In this document: positions 39,471 through 51,708 of the stretch, piece by piece
Layout of the letters: each line of letters opens with the position of its first letter
Position numbering within the stretch: position 1 is the stretch's first letter
Origin: Chiloscyllium plagiosum
Taxonomy: Eukaryota
Direction of reading: 5' to 3'
Assembly (NCBI RefSeq): GCF_004010195.1
Contig: NC_057718.1
Span: forward strand, 64,919,548 to 64,983,547
DNA: 64,000 bases
Translations under genes and position numbers: made by a program
The notes under the pieces: model-generated
Databases searched by the model: none
The model's input: only the letters and a program-made list of their open reading frames with translations
What the model was told of the DNA's origin: nothing

Positions 39471-41319
39471 ACTTACCCAGAAATCCTGAGCATATAATAA
39501 CCTTGCAAACTTTCTGAGATGTTCATGAAATTATCAATATAAATGGTCAGACTATTTTCTTAGAAAGTTAAAACATAATTCTGTTAAATGGACGTAAAAC
39601 TGTCAGGGCAAATGAAAACAGCTCTTTTACCAGTTGCATCAACAGGCCCTGCTGCGCTAAGTCCATTGTTGAGACTTGGAGCTCGGCCTATATAAGATTC
39701 TGCTGAATGACAATACCAATAGTCACTGCTGAACAGAATCCATCTGTGGAACTGAAACCTCAGATAACCATTCAAAATAGGATTCTATGGCTTCATTGCA
39801 CTACTATGGAAACAGCATTTCAACAGCTACTTTACACCCTTTGTAGTTAACAAAGAAGGTCAGCCATCAGCTCAAGCTTTAAAGAAGGGGAATCAATTCT
39901 AAGCCATCCATCAACAAAAATATTAAATTATAGGAGCAATTGATGTGGTGTAATTTAAATATTAATATCGTTCAATGCAGGTGAGCATTATACCTAGCGG
40001 ACAATTTAATCTAATGCACTGAAGCACTTTTCTACTTGCATAAAGCTAGAAAAGTTAATGGTCACTTACCTCTTAAGAACAAAACCCTGTCATTCACTGC
40101 ATTAAAAACATAATTAATTTATCATATAGCATTCAGAGATAAAAGTTGCTAACCCCTTTTGAACTTACCTGGTAAAGTTCCTAACTCCAGACCAGAGATA
40201 CCCAAACTCACAACAACTCTGAGCTGCTGTGAACAATGGCACCTTCAGAAACTTGCTTAACTCTAGTAAAATTGTGGCATCCCTGAAATGCCAACTCCCG
40301 CCAGAACTGAGCCAGAAATGTTGGGAGGATTTCATTCAGGCTCATGAATTGCCTTACTTCTCGTACTGTTAAAGGTTGCCAGCGATGGGAATGAGAATGG
40401 GATGTCTGCCTGTGATATCTGGTCATTTCTTTTTCTGCTCAATTGAGTCTGGTCAAATTCCCATCAATGCTAGAAAATCCTACCTTTTGTGTTCAACCCC
40501 ACTGATGGTTAACACCTCTCTAAAATCGTAAACTGCCTGTTACACAAAGTCCCACAATGTTCTCTATATTTTACAATGCACTTTGTATTGTTTTTAATTA
40601 ACTTTACAAGTGTGTTGTATCACTATTTCCCTTCTCGAAGGAATAAAACATGGGAACAATATGTGGGAGCACTGTGTCATTGTTTAAACTTTGAAATAAG
40701 GCTCTATTACAAGAGATCAAACAGTTTTAGCAATAGTTCTGTATAAATAAATCATCCTAAAAGATTGCACGAATGACAACATGATACTCAGCCATAATTC
40801 TGGTGAGTAAGTGCCACAATATGAGAAGAATCCAAATGCTTCAGATTTTCCAGCAAACTGCACAAAGGGAGGGAATGAGAAATAATAAGATGAAGTCAGC
40901 AGTGAGGCAAAACAACTACCACAAGTTTGTCCAAGTGATCTTCTGCTTGCACAGCCACTCCAAGTAATACATGCCCAAAGGAATGCTGATGTTGAACTAT
41001 TTGCCAAAGAATGAAAGATACAAACAAGAAGGGGGGAATCTAAATTTGCACATATTTCTGAGCTTTCAATGTAAATATCTACAGCCTAAATGATGAATAA
41101 TGCACAATTACTTACATAATTCATGAATATTTATTAGAGATCTTTTGTTTTTAATTTGTTTTTTGGACACAGTCAACTTAAGAAGTCAGAAATTCTATCA
41201 GATTCCTTTAGTCCATGTAGACATGAAATGAGGAGTTTCACATCTCTTTCTTGAGGATTTTAGTGAACCAGTTGTATTTTTAAGATAAGCCAATGGTTTT
41301 CACAGTCATTTTTCTCCTG

Positions 41320-42590
41320 CCATAGAGTCATAGAGTCCTACAGCACAGAGACCCTTTGGCCCAAATTGGTCCATGCCAACCAAAATGTCCATCCACGCTA
41401 ACCCCATTTCCCTGCACTTGGCCCATATCCTTTTAATCCTTTCCTATCCATGTATTTGTCCAAATGCCTTCTAAATATTGTTAATGTATCTGCCTCAACA
41501 ACTCATTCCATATATGTACCACCCTCTGTGTAAAAAAGTTGTCCCTCAGGTTCCCTTTTATTCTTTCCCCTCTAACATTAAACTGATGCCCTCTCATCCT
41601 CAGTTCTCCAAACCTGGAAAAAAGATGAAGTGCATTCACCTGATCCATGCCTCTCATGATCTTATACAACTCCATAAGGTACCCTCTCAGTCTCCTACTC
41701 TCTAAAGAAAAATATCCTAGCTTGTCCAACCTCTCCCTATAATCAGATCCTTGAGTCCAGACAACAAACTTGTAAACTTCTTCTGCACTTTTTCCAATTT
41801 AATACCATCCTTCCTATAGCAAGGTGATCAAAACTGAGCACAACACTCCAAATGTGGCCTCATTGATGTCCTGTATAACTGCTACATAACTTTCCGGCTT
41901 CGATACTCAGTGCCCTGACTGATGAAGGCCAGTGTGCCAAAAGCCTTCATCACTGCCCTTTCTACCTGTGGCTCCACTTTCAGAGAACTGTAAACCTGAA
42001 CTCCACAGTCACTTTGTTCCACTACACTCCTTAAGGCCCTATCATTCACCATGAAACTCCTACCTTGATTTGACTTTCCAAAATGCAAGCCCTCACACTT
42101 AACTATATTAAACTCCATTTGATATTTCTTGGCCTACTTCCCCAGCTAATTAAGATTCTGCTACAATTTCTGATAATCTTCCTCATTGTCCACAATACCG
42201 CCTATTTTGGTGTTATCAGCAAATTTACTAATTATGCCTTGTACATTCTCATCCAAATCATTGATACAGACAACAAACAATAATGGGCCCAGCACTGACC
42301 CTTGAGGTACTCCACTGGTCACAGCCTCCAGTCCAACAAGCATTCTTCCACTATTATCCTCTGCTTCCTACCATCAGGCCAATTTTGTATGCAATTTGCC
42401 AACTCGCCCTGGATTCCATGTGATGTAACCTTCCGGAGCAGCCTACTATGTGGAACCTTATCAAAGGCCTTACTGAAATCCATATAAACTACGTCTACCG
42501 CCCTGCTCTCATCAATCTTCCTGGTCACTTCATCAAAGAATTCTAACAAATTTGCAAGGCATGATCTCCCACTTACAAAGCCATATATTT
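41320..42590 (-). mobile_element. CR1 RT and 3' fragment
   Basis: VVYMDFSKAFDKVPH, SGVPQGSVLGPLLF and SKFADNTK motifs. Confidence 0.9.
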
Positions 42591-42649
42591 TCAGACTTGT
42601 CTCTGTTTCACAACTTGATAAATTGTCTTAAAACTCCCAATGTTGTTTT

Positions 42650-42957
42650 AAATTCATTCATGGGATGAGGACATCACTGGCCAGCATTTATTGCTCAACC
42701 CAATTGGGCATTTAAGAGTCACTTGTAGGTCAGATCAGGTAAGGATGGTCATTTTCTTTCCTAAAGGACATTAGTGAACCAGATGGATTTTTCCCCAACA
42801 ATGGATTCATGGTCAATAGACTCTTAATTCCAGATATTTTTTATTGAAATCAAATTCCACTATCTGCCGTGGCAGGATTTGAACCCAGGTCCCAGAACAT
42901 TACCTGGGTCTCTGGATTAATAATCCAGTGATAATACCACTAGGCTATCACCTCCCT
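42650..42957 (-). mobile_element. tRNA-derived SINE with a LINE-like tail
   Basis: minus strand has TAGCCTAGTGG (A box) and GGTTCAAATCC (B box); tail AATAAATGCTGGCC resembles the 55940-55995 LINE end. Confidence 0.7.
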
Positions 42958-43369
42958 TGACTTCTTGTTGTTAGTTTAGTACAGTAGCTACTTCACTTAC
43001 TGAGCAATTAATTGACATACAGTGGGTAATAGAAAATATATTTTTAAAACAAAAATCAATAAAAACCTATATTTTACTCCACTTCCCAAATTCTTTCATT
43101 GCAGACTGAATTGCACTTACAAACTTTCAATCCCCCAACCTAGTGCTCCCTATCTAACTGACATTCAATGGTTTGTCTTCAGCAACATGATTAAAGAATT
43201 GCTAATATATGTATAAATTATTGTCATCTGCTACATGTCACACTTTAAACATCACACATCAGATATAAAAATTAAACAGTGGATTTCTCTCATGCTTTTA
43301 CCTAGCTCTTCAAATTCAAATTTTATTTTGCATGTAATAACACCTATGTCCTTATTAAGTAGTGTACGA

Positions 43370-44585
43370 TTTGACTAAAAAAAGTCTGGTTGAATTTTTC
43401 ATGAAGGTGACCAAGAGTGTAGATGAGTGTAGGGAAGTTGATGTAGTTTACATGAATTTCAGCAAGACCTTTGACAATGCCCCATATGGGAGATTTATGA
43501 AGGTAGAAGCACTTGGAATCCACGGTAATGTGGTACATTGGATCCAAAACTGGCTTAAGTGACGGGTGACAGAGGATAGTGGTAGAAGACTGTTTGTATG
43601 ACTGGAGGCCAGTATCCAGTAGTATACCCCATGGATCGGAGCTGGGTCCCTTATTGTTTCTATGATACACAAATGATGTCGATGAGAATGTGGGAGAATG
43701 CTAAGTACATTTGAAGATGACATGAAGATTGTCTGGCTTGTTGACAGTGAGGAGGAAGGTCTTAGGTTACAAGAGGATATAAACAGATTGGTCAGATGGG
43801 TAGATCAGTGGTTGATAGACTTTAACCAAGGTAAGTGTGAGTGAAGCATATTGGAAGATGTAACAAGACAGGGGAGTACTCAATGAATGGCATGACACTA
43901 GGAAGCTCAGAGAAACAGAGGGATCTTGGAGTGCTTGTCCACACATTTCTGAAAGTGATAGAGCAGGTTAATAGGTAGTTAAGAAAGCACATGGGACATT
44001 TGCTTTTATTAGTCAAGGCATAGATTACAAGAGCAGGTAGGTTATGTTGAAGCTGTACAGAACTTTGATTGTGCCACAGCTGAAGTACTATGTGCAGTCC
44101 TGGTCACCACACTAAAGGAGGCACGCAGAGGAGATCACCACAATGTTGCCTGGGATAGAGCAGTCTAGTTATGAAGCAAGGTTAGATAAGCTCGGGTTGT
44201 TTTCACTGGACTTGAGAGATGTGTATAAGCTTATGAGGGCCATGGACAGGGTGGATAGCAAGCAGCTGTTCCCCTGAGTTCAAGGGTCAAACACAGGGGG
44301 CACATATCTAAAGTGAAAGGGAGGAGATTGAGAGAGGATTTGATAGAATCTTCTTTCACCCAGAGGGTGATGGGAGTCTGGAATGCACTGCCTCGGGAGA
44401 TAGTTGAGGCAGGTACCCTCACGACCTTTAAAAAACACTTGGATGAACATTCAGATGTGTGTGTCATATCTTTAAGGTCTGGTGCAGCAAGTGAGACTAG
44501 TATAGGTTTAGAATAGCTTTGGCAGTACAGACTCAATGGATTGAACAGCCTCTTCTGTGCAGAATATTTCTTTGATTCTATAATG
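43370..44585 (+). mobile_element. CR1 RT and 3' fragment
   Basis: VDVVYMNFSKTFD; FTQRVMGVWNALP. Confidence 0.85.
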
Positions 44586-45099
44586 AAGTTTTTTTTTCTT
44601 GTAGTTCAACCTAGTTCTGTAATTACAGTTATCAGCACAGTTGACATTCTTCACTCTCTCAGATTTCAAGAACTTCAGAAAATTGCAGAAAATGTCATGA
44701 TTCATCTTATTAATACAGCAATCGCAATTCTTCAAAACCACAGGGGACATTTTTGTAATCTTCTGACAGACCTAACAGGAGTTAAGGCTTTCACTCTGCT
44801 ATGAACTAAGGACACATTAATGATCTGCAGATTTCTTTTAGATTAATTGCTTTGTATTCATTAATAACTTGTTTGAGAAACTGAGTTGTATCTAAAGTAT
44901 AATATAGAATCATTTTCAATTAAAAAGCAAATTCGCAGATTTTTTTGTGGAAAAAAAGTGACTTTAGATCTAATAATTGGGCGAACCTGACCGCAAAAGA
45001 TGACGAGGTAAAAACAATGATTGCAGATGCTGGAAACCAGATTCTGGATTAGTGGTGCTGGAAGAGCACAGCAGTTCAGGCAGCATCCAAGGAGCTTTG

Positions 45100-45137
45100 A
45101 AATCGACGTTTCGGGCAAAAGCCCTTCATCAGGAATA
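45100..45137 (-). ncRNA. minimal type I hammerhead ribozyme motif in a PLE terminal repeat (intact core)
   Basis: minus strand reads ATTC-CTGATGA-A-GGGC-TTTT-GCCC-GAAAC-GTC-GATT; predicted cleavage between 45105 and 45104; stem I is weak. Confidence 0.7.
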
Positions 45138-45362
45138 AAGGCAGTGAGCCTGGAGCATGGAGAGATAAGCTCATCATGCTGCAATGGTTTTCTTTTATTT
45201 ATCCAGTTGTGGTATAGCCCATAACTAAAAAAAATATTAAATTTTTAAGACGTTTTTCTTTAAAATGAATCCAAATGAAAAATAATTATTGAAACTGTAA
45301 TGAATCAACAAAATAATCACCAATTTTTGCATAGTAAAATCAACAAAGGCCAACAGTATTAC

Positions 45363-45505
45363 CTCAGCAGCATACTGGGTACCATCCACTGTGTGCTCAG
45401 ATCCTGGAGTGCTCTCTGATCCCCAATGAAAATGCAGCTGAGATGCGAGATATTTCTGTGTGAAACCACCGCTTATGCTCATTGAATCTGGGAGTGAAAG
45501 TTGAA
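45363..45505 (-). CDS. isolated alpha-carbonic anhydrase exon (CA9/CA12/CA14-like exon 4); no partner exons found in the window
   Basis: 143 bp, polypyrimidine tract-tcaag|TT...GAG|gtaat; (V)QLSLPDSMSISGGFTQKYLASQLHFHWGSESTPGSEHTVDGTQYAAE; contains the Zn-ligand HxH, GSEH and AE motifs; no stop codons. Confidence 0.88.
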
Positions 45506-46775
45506 CTTGAGAAAAAAACAAAAAGTGCAACAATGTTACTGTCCTTTTATATTAAACCAGATGGAATCACGTGAATGTTCTCTTACAATTTCAATCAACA
45601 TTACTAAGCAGCACAAACCGGTGCCGCACGTTATATTCCACACAGGTCCACCTTAGTATCACAGGTATTTTGGGATGGTGAGTCTTTGTAATCAGAAAAA
45701 AAAAATCGGTGGGCACCAGGGGCGTTCTGTCCTTGTTGCGGTTGGAGGGGTTGGGTCTGAGGGCGGGGGTGCGGGATGTGGATGAGATGCGTTGGAGGGC
45801 ATCTTTGACCACGTGGGAAGGGAAATTGCGGTCTCTAGAGAAGGAGGCCATCTGGTGTGTTCTATGGTGGAACCGCTCCTCCTGGGAGCAGATACGGCGG
45901 AGGAATTGGGAATACGGGATGGCATTTTTGCAAGAGGTAGGGTGGGAAGAGGTGTGTAATCCAGGTAGCTGTGGGAGTCGGTGGGTTTGTAGAAAATGTC
46001 AGTGTCAAGTCTGTCGTCACTGATGGAGATGGAGAGGTCCAGGAAGGGGAGGGAGGTGTCAGAGATGGTCCAGTTAAATTTAAGGTCAGGGTGGAATGTG
46101 TTGGTGAAGTTGATGAATTGCTCAACCTCCTCGCGGGAGCATGAGGTGGCGCCAATGCAGTCATCAATGTAGCGGAGGAAGAGGTGGGGTGTGGTGTCGG
46201 TGTAATTACGGAAGATCAACTGCTCTACGTAGCCAACAAAGAGACAGGCATAGCTGGGGCCCATACGTGTGCCCATGGCTACCCCTTTGGTCTGGAGGAA
46301 GTGGGAGGATTCAAAGGAGAAATGACAACTAGATGGAATTTATAGCATGAACTAAGTGAAAATGTGATGGAGCAGGAATTTGCTCACCAGAATAACAAAT
46401 GGGTTCGCCCTGCCTGAGTTACGAGAGTCAATCAATATTGCATGCTGTGAGCCAACACTACATGGTAGTTTGCCTGTTTGGGAATAGACACTCACAGGAT
46501 GCTGTAGGATTTCAAAAGCCAAGGTGAAAACTTAACGAAGCAAATTTCAAGCTGCCTGTAAGCCTTGGATTTACTCATTGCTGTCTCCAGTTGAGATGGT
46601 TGAAGAGTTTTCTTATTCAAACTTAAATGGAGAAAGACATCCTTCCTTGCGAACTTGCAATGTCATCAAGCAGGGGAGGTCAATGTCACTCTATTATCCT
46701 TTACATAACAATGTGGTACTCAAAATGTTTAAAAATTCCAGTAGGTCTGCCACGTCTCATAACATGAATCCAAAT

Positions 46776-47095
46776 GGGCAACATCGTGGCATAGCAGTTA
46801 GCACTGCTGCCTCACAGCTCCAGGGACCCGGGTTCGAATCCAGTCTTGGGCAACTGTCTGTGTGGAGTTTGCATGTTTGCCCTGTGTCTGTGTGGGTTTC
46901 CTCCCACAGTGTAAATATGTGCAGATTAGGTGAATTGGCCTTGCCAAATTGTGCATAGTGTTCAGGGATGTGTAGGTTAGGTGCCTTAATCAGGGGTAAA
47001 TGTAGGGGAATGGCTTTGGGTGGGGTGCTCTATGGAGGGTTGGTTTGAAATTATTGGGCCTAAAGGCCTGTTTCCACACTGTGGGGATTCTCAAA
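46776..47095 (+). mobile_element. HE1-type V-SINE
   Basis: GGTTCGAATCC B box, V domain and CR1-like tail. Confidence 0.85.
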
Positions 47096-48949
47096 TCTTT
47101 CAGGAATGTACTAAACTACCAATTGGTACACAATTACTTTCCCCCATTTTATTAAAACACTACATTGTGAAACCTCAGGAGGTAATGTGAAACCTCTTCC
47201 ACCTCAAACCTTTCTCTAGGAGGTACGTTTTTACACATTTCCTCCTGAACACTCCATTGGTAAATTCATTTGCATGTGGTATCTCTCCCATAATGCTCTG
47301 CTTGCTCAATGTATTGGATTGGGCTTCCTCTTCTACCACCTAAACCTCATTGTTATTTTTTTAAGAGTAGCTCATAATACCAGTAAGGGATTGACCATAA
47401 GTGATGAGTCTGAAAACCTTCATCCACATCACACAGCTCAATAAAGAAGATTTGTACCTCCTTAGAAAGCAAAAAAAGGCAAGTTCTTCAGGGAATTATG
47501 GGCCAGGGTTTCTGAGGAGTGATTATGCCACTCAGGCCCTTTCTTCCTTTTCACAAAAGAAGGGGGCTCCACATTTTGGAGAGGAAATTCTGCTCAGGGC
47601 TCACCCAGAAATGTAGAGTTGTACTTGAATTTTGCCAGTTCTTTCGTTATACAGAATTATCAGAGGAAGACAAACCATTCCCCTTTTCCCAATACTCAGC
47701 TGTTGTATTCTGAAGCCACTTTGGCAGCCACTGTTTAATTGTAAGTAATTAGGGCAAGTGTGATATTAGGATGCTGGCAGGGCAGGGTGCCAAGATATGT
47801 GGGATAGATAAGCAGGATGCCAGCTGGGAGGGGAGGGTGCAGGGTGCCAGGGGTAAAATGCCAGATAGGTAGAGGAGAGGGTAGCAGGTAAGTACCATAT
47901 GGGGGTGCCAGGGTGCCCAGTAAATATGAGGGCCAGGTGAGAAAGGGGTTGAGTGGTAGGGCATAGAGTTCTAGGCAAATAAGATGCCAGCTGAGTAGGA
48001 TGGGGTAGGGTTCTATTTGGTTTGTGTGCCATCTGGGCCAGGGGTTGGGTTAGATGGAAGAAATTGGGTCCACCAGGGGTTGCTGAAAATGGGTGCATAA
48101 TCTAGGGGTTTGAGTCCTGCAAAGGGAAGGTGTCAGGTTAGGTATTGGTGAGATGGGGGGAGGGTCTGGTCCAGAGGCAAGAAACTTGGGCCAGGTTGAT
48201 CTGGTCTGAGCCAATGGTTGAAGATGGGTTACGTTCCCTCTCATGTTTCCTGAGTAACTTTTTATGCAACTTCACCGAAAACCTCTGAAATCTCTGACTT
48301 AAATGGAGACTTTCAGAGGATTCCAGATGTAGAAGAATTACCAACAAAAAAAAAATTCAATTTCTGATCTATGTTCACATAACAGCTATCTGACCATTAG
48401 AAAATCTGGGCCTATATGATTCTCTTCTAGCTCAGTGTCTGAAATTTGTTCACAATTTAACTTAAATAATCCTCCTTTTTCAATGAATGGAGACATATTA
48501 ATTAAGTTTCAGGACAATGCCTTCTAGCCTCTGATCGACCTGATTCACTTCATGAAGCAAGTTTACCTGCAGCTTCGAGAGCAGAGACATCCACAACCAA
48601 CAATGCATTCGTCATCATTCACTCCTTTTTCTCCACGTCTTGAATATTGCAGTTGTGCAATATGATAGTGATGACGACAAGATTACACAAGGTTAGTAAG
48701 AGAGAATGATAGGACAGGAAGATCTGAATTTGGACTTTGAGATGGCAAGTAACGTTGAAAAGTTGTGTTACGTCTTGATTGAGTAGAACATGTGTGTAAA
48801 AAAGAATGTTTGCTAAATATTAATCTATTAATCTATGTCCAAGTACTGATGATTAGCTCTGAGAAACGCCAGCTGATGGGGAAATTAGCAGAGTTCATGA
48901 TAAGGTTGCAATATTGTAATGGATCATCTTCACAGCAGTGCATTGAGAA

Positions 48950-49905
48950 CATCACAGAATCATAGAACCGTTACAGCAAGGTAGTGGGACATTTGTCCCA
49001 TTGTGCCTGCACCAGTTCTATTACCTAGTGCCAATTTTTTGCCTTTTCCCTATATCCCTCTATACTATTTCAAGCCAAATGATCACCCAATGTCCTCTTG
49101 AGTGCATCTAGTGTACCTGCTTCCACCACATTTCCTGACAGTGCATTTCATACCCTAACTACCCAGTGTGTGAAAATCATTTTTCTCACATCACTCTTGC
49201 TTCCTTTGCAGATCACTTTTAATCAATGCCCTCTTGTACTATTTTCTTTTATGAATTGGAATAGCTTCTCTCTATCTACTCTGTCAGCTCGCTCATAATA
49301 ATGAAAGCTTCTATCAAATCTCTTTTCAAACTTCACTCCAAGGAGGACAGTCCCAACATTTTCAATCTATCTTCATAACTGGAGTTTCTCATTCCCAGAA
49401 TCATTCTTGTAAATTGCTTCTGCATTCTCTCCAATGCATTCACATCTTTTCTATACTGTGAAAATACGACATAATACGACGGCTGAGGTTTAAAAAGTTT
49501 CTCAAACATGATCGACGTCACACCCTTGCTCTTGTACTCTATGCCCCTATTAAAACGGCCAAGAACATTATGTTTTATTAACTTAATAACACAGAGAACT
49601 GCAGATGCTGGAGATCTGAAAGAAGAATTGAACTTGCTTGAGAAACTCAACAGGTCTGGCAACATCTGTGGGAAGAACGTTTTGAAGCTAGTGACAATTC
49701 ATCAAACATTATTAACTGCTCTCCTCACCTCTCCTGCAATCTTTGGTGGTCTGTGCACACATACATCCAGATCCCTCTGCTGCTGTACCTCTTTAGAATT
49801 GTATCCCCTAATTTGTATTGTCTTTCAATGTTCTTCTGACCAAAATGTATCATCTCACAATTCTCTACAGTGAAGCTCATCGGCCACCTCTCCACCCATT
49901 CCATC
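48950..49905 (-). mobile_element. CR1 3' fragment with a short insert (about 49585-49705)
   Basis: YRKDVNALERMQKQFTRM; the insert contains ACTGCAGATGCTGGAGATC, shared with the PLE repeats. Confidence 0.75.
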
Positions 49906-51294
49906 AACATGTAATCATGACAACAGGGCAAATAATGGCAGCACAATACATAACATCTGCTCAGTCTAATTTTATGAATGGGTTCATGTGGGGCATCTGT
50001 CTTTTCCACCCTCAATAAGCATTACTCAGAATTTTGGCAATATAATTAGGACCACTGTGTTCGCTATGTAAAGAGATCCTAGCAATTTTTATACAAACTG
50101 GAGTTGCTATGTTAATCACTCACAAAAAGGCCTTTGTAATATTACAAATGTCTGATGTACAAAATAATTTAAAAGGTACTGTGTCTAGTTCACAAATAGC
50201 AAAAAAATCATTGGGTTATAGGTCCAAGGTCTCCAAAACTGCCTGATCTGGGATGTACTCTATGTCCGATTTTGGATCATGCTGATTTTCGGGAGGAGCA
50301 GTGTAGGTGAGACAGATTTGGTCAGATTGGGTCAAATTGTTCAGATTACTCAGACCATGGGGAAATGACTAGTGTTTGAAGCAATTAATTAGGAGGCATA
50401 CCATTACACCACTTAGTTCAACAAGCCAGTATATTGTTTTACTTATCTCATGATAATAAAAAAAAAAGCAACTTTTAAAAAAGTCTGTATTTCAAGCATT
50501 GTTAGTTTTCAGATTGCTGGATTTGAGGTAGTGTATCTGATAGCAAATACAGCTAGCCTTGCTCAGGATAACAATTTCTGGCACCGTACAGTTAGATCTT
50601 CAGACACTAAGAGGACTAGCAGAAAAGAGGTATGGCCAGAAGGTCATGTAACAACACAATTAACATAGGCCAGCATTAGTTTCACCTCAGCAATTATTTT
50701 TCATGAGATAATAATTGTCAATCTCAAAGCTATTTGGACTGAGGAGGTTGGTCTAATCAAGAGTAGATTAAATAAGGAAAACAAGTTAACATTGTTAAAG
50801 AAAAATCACATTTCACTAATTTGGTACACAAAGAAAAAATGCTAATTTGTTTAAATTCTTGATGAGGTAATAGAAATAGTTGATAAGGGCAGTTGACGTG
50901 GTATACATACACTTCCAAAAGGCTGTCGATAGAATTGCCACATAACAAGTTTGCTAGTAAAGTTTAAGTCCGCGGAACAAAAGGAAATAGCATGGATATA
51001 AAGTTGGTTGAGTGAGAATAAATACAAAGTGGTTTTTCAAACTGGAGCAATGCGGTTCCATAGGGACTGAAAACAGTCTCTATGGGCTGTTTGTTTTTCT
51101 CAAATTTAATGAATTGTAATTGGTAGTTTGGGCAAAATTTCAATATCTGTAAATATTACAACGTTAGAAGCAATATTGAATAGTCACAAGGATTGTCATA
51201 CATTTCAAAAGGACATTGAAAGACAGCTGGACTTGCCAGATGCATGGCAGAGCAAATTTAATGCACAGAAGTCTGAATGAAACCAAAATTGGAG

Positions 51295-51708
51295 TTAGGC
51301 AAAAGTCAGGAGTGCAGATGCTGGAAATCAGAGTCTTCTGCCTCGGAACACATCAATCTCAGGGCATCAATGTGGACTTCACCAGTTTCCTCATTTCCCC
51401 TCCCCCCACCTTACCCCAGTTCCAACCTTCCAGCTCAGGACCATCCTCATGACCTGTCCTACCTGCCTATCTTCCTTCCCACTATCCGCTCCAAACTCCT
51501 CTCTGACCTATCACCTTCATCCCCATCCCCATCTACCTATTGTACTTTTTTCTACCTTCTCCCCAGCCCACCCCGCTCCCATTTATCTCTCCACCCTGGA
51601 AGCTCCCTGCCTTCATTCCTGATGAAGGGCTTTTGCCAGAAAGGTCGATTTCCTGCTCCTCGGATGCTGCCTGACCTGCTGTGCTTTTCCAGCACCACTC
51701 TAATCTAG
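51295..51708 (+). mobile_element. PLE 3' fragment with an inverted 5' repeat piece
   Basis: 13-bp duplication ACCAAAATTGGAG at 51282-51294 and 51709-51721; hammerhead-like motif at 51619-51650. Confidence 0.85.

Larger units (their letters stand above)
45000..46326 (-). mobile_element. young PLE: RT fragment (46322-45708), foreign segment, then 3' terminal repeat (45171-45003)
   Basis: ORF 45692-46276 contains MGTRMGPSYACLF, LRYIDDC, LPFLDL and DIFYKPTDSHSYL (PLE RT); CpG-rich; ATGAC at both ends (45000-45004 and 46322-46326). Confidence 0.85.

Noticed and set aside
47750..48240. G-rich tract with loose GGGTGCCAG repeats
   Set aside because: Degenerate low-complexity sequence with no definable unit, termini or coding signal.
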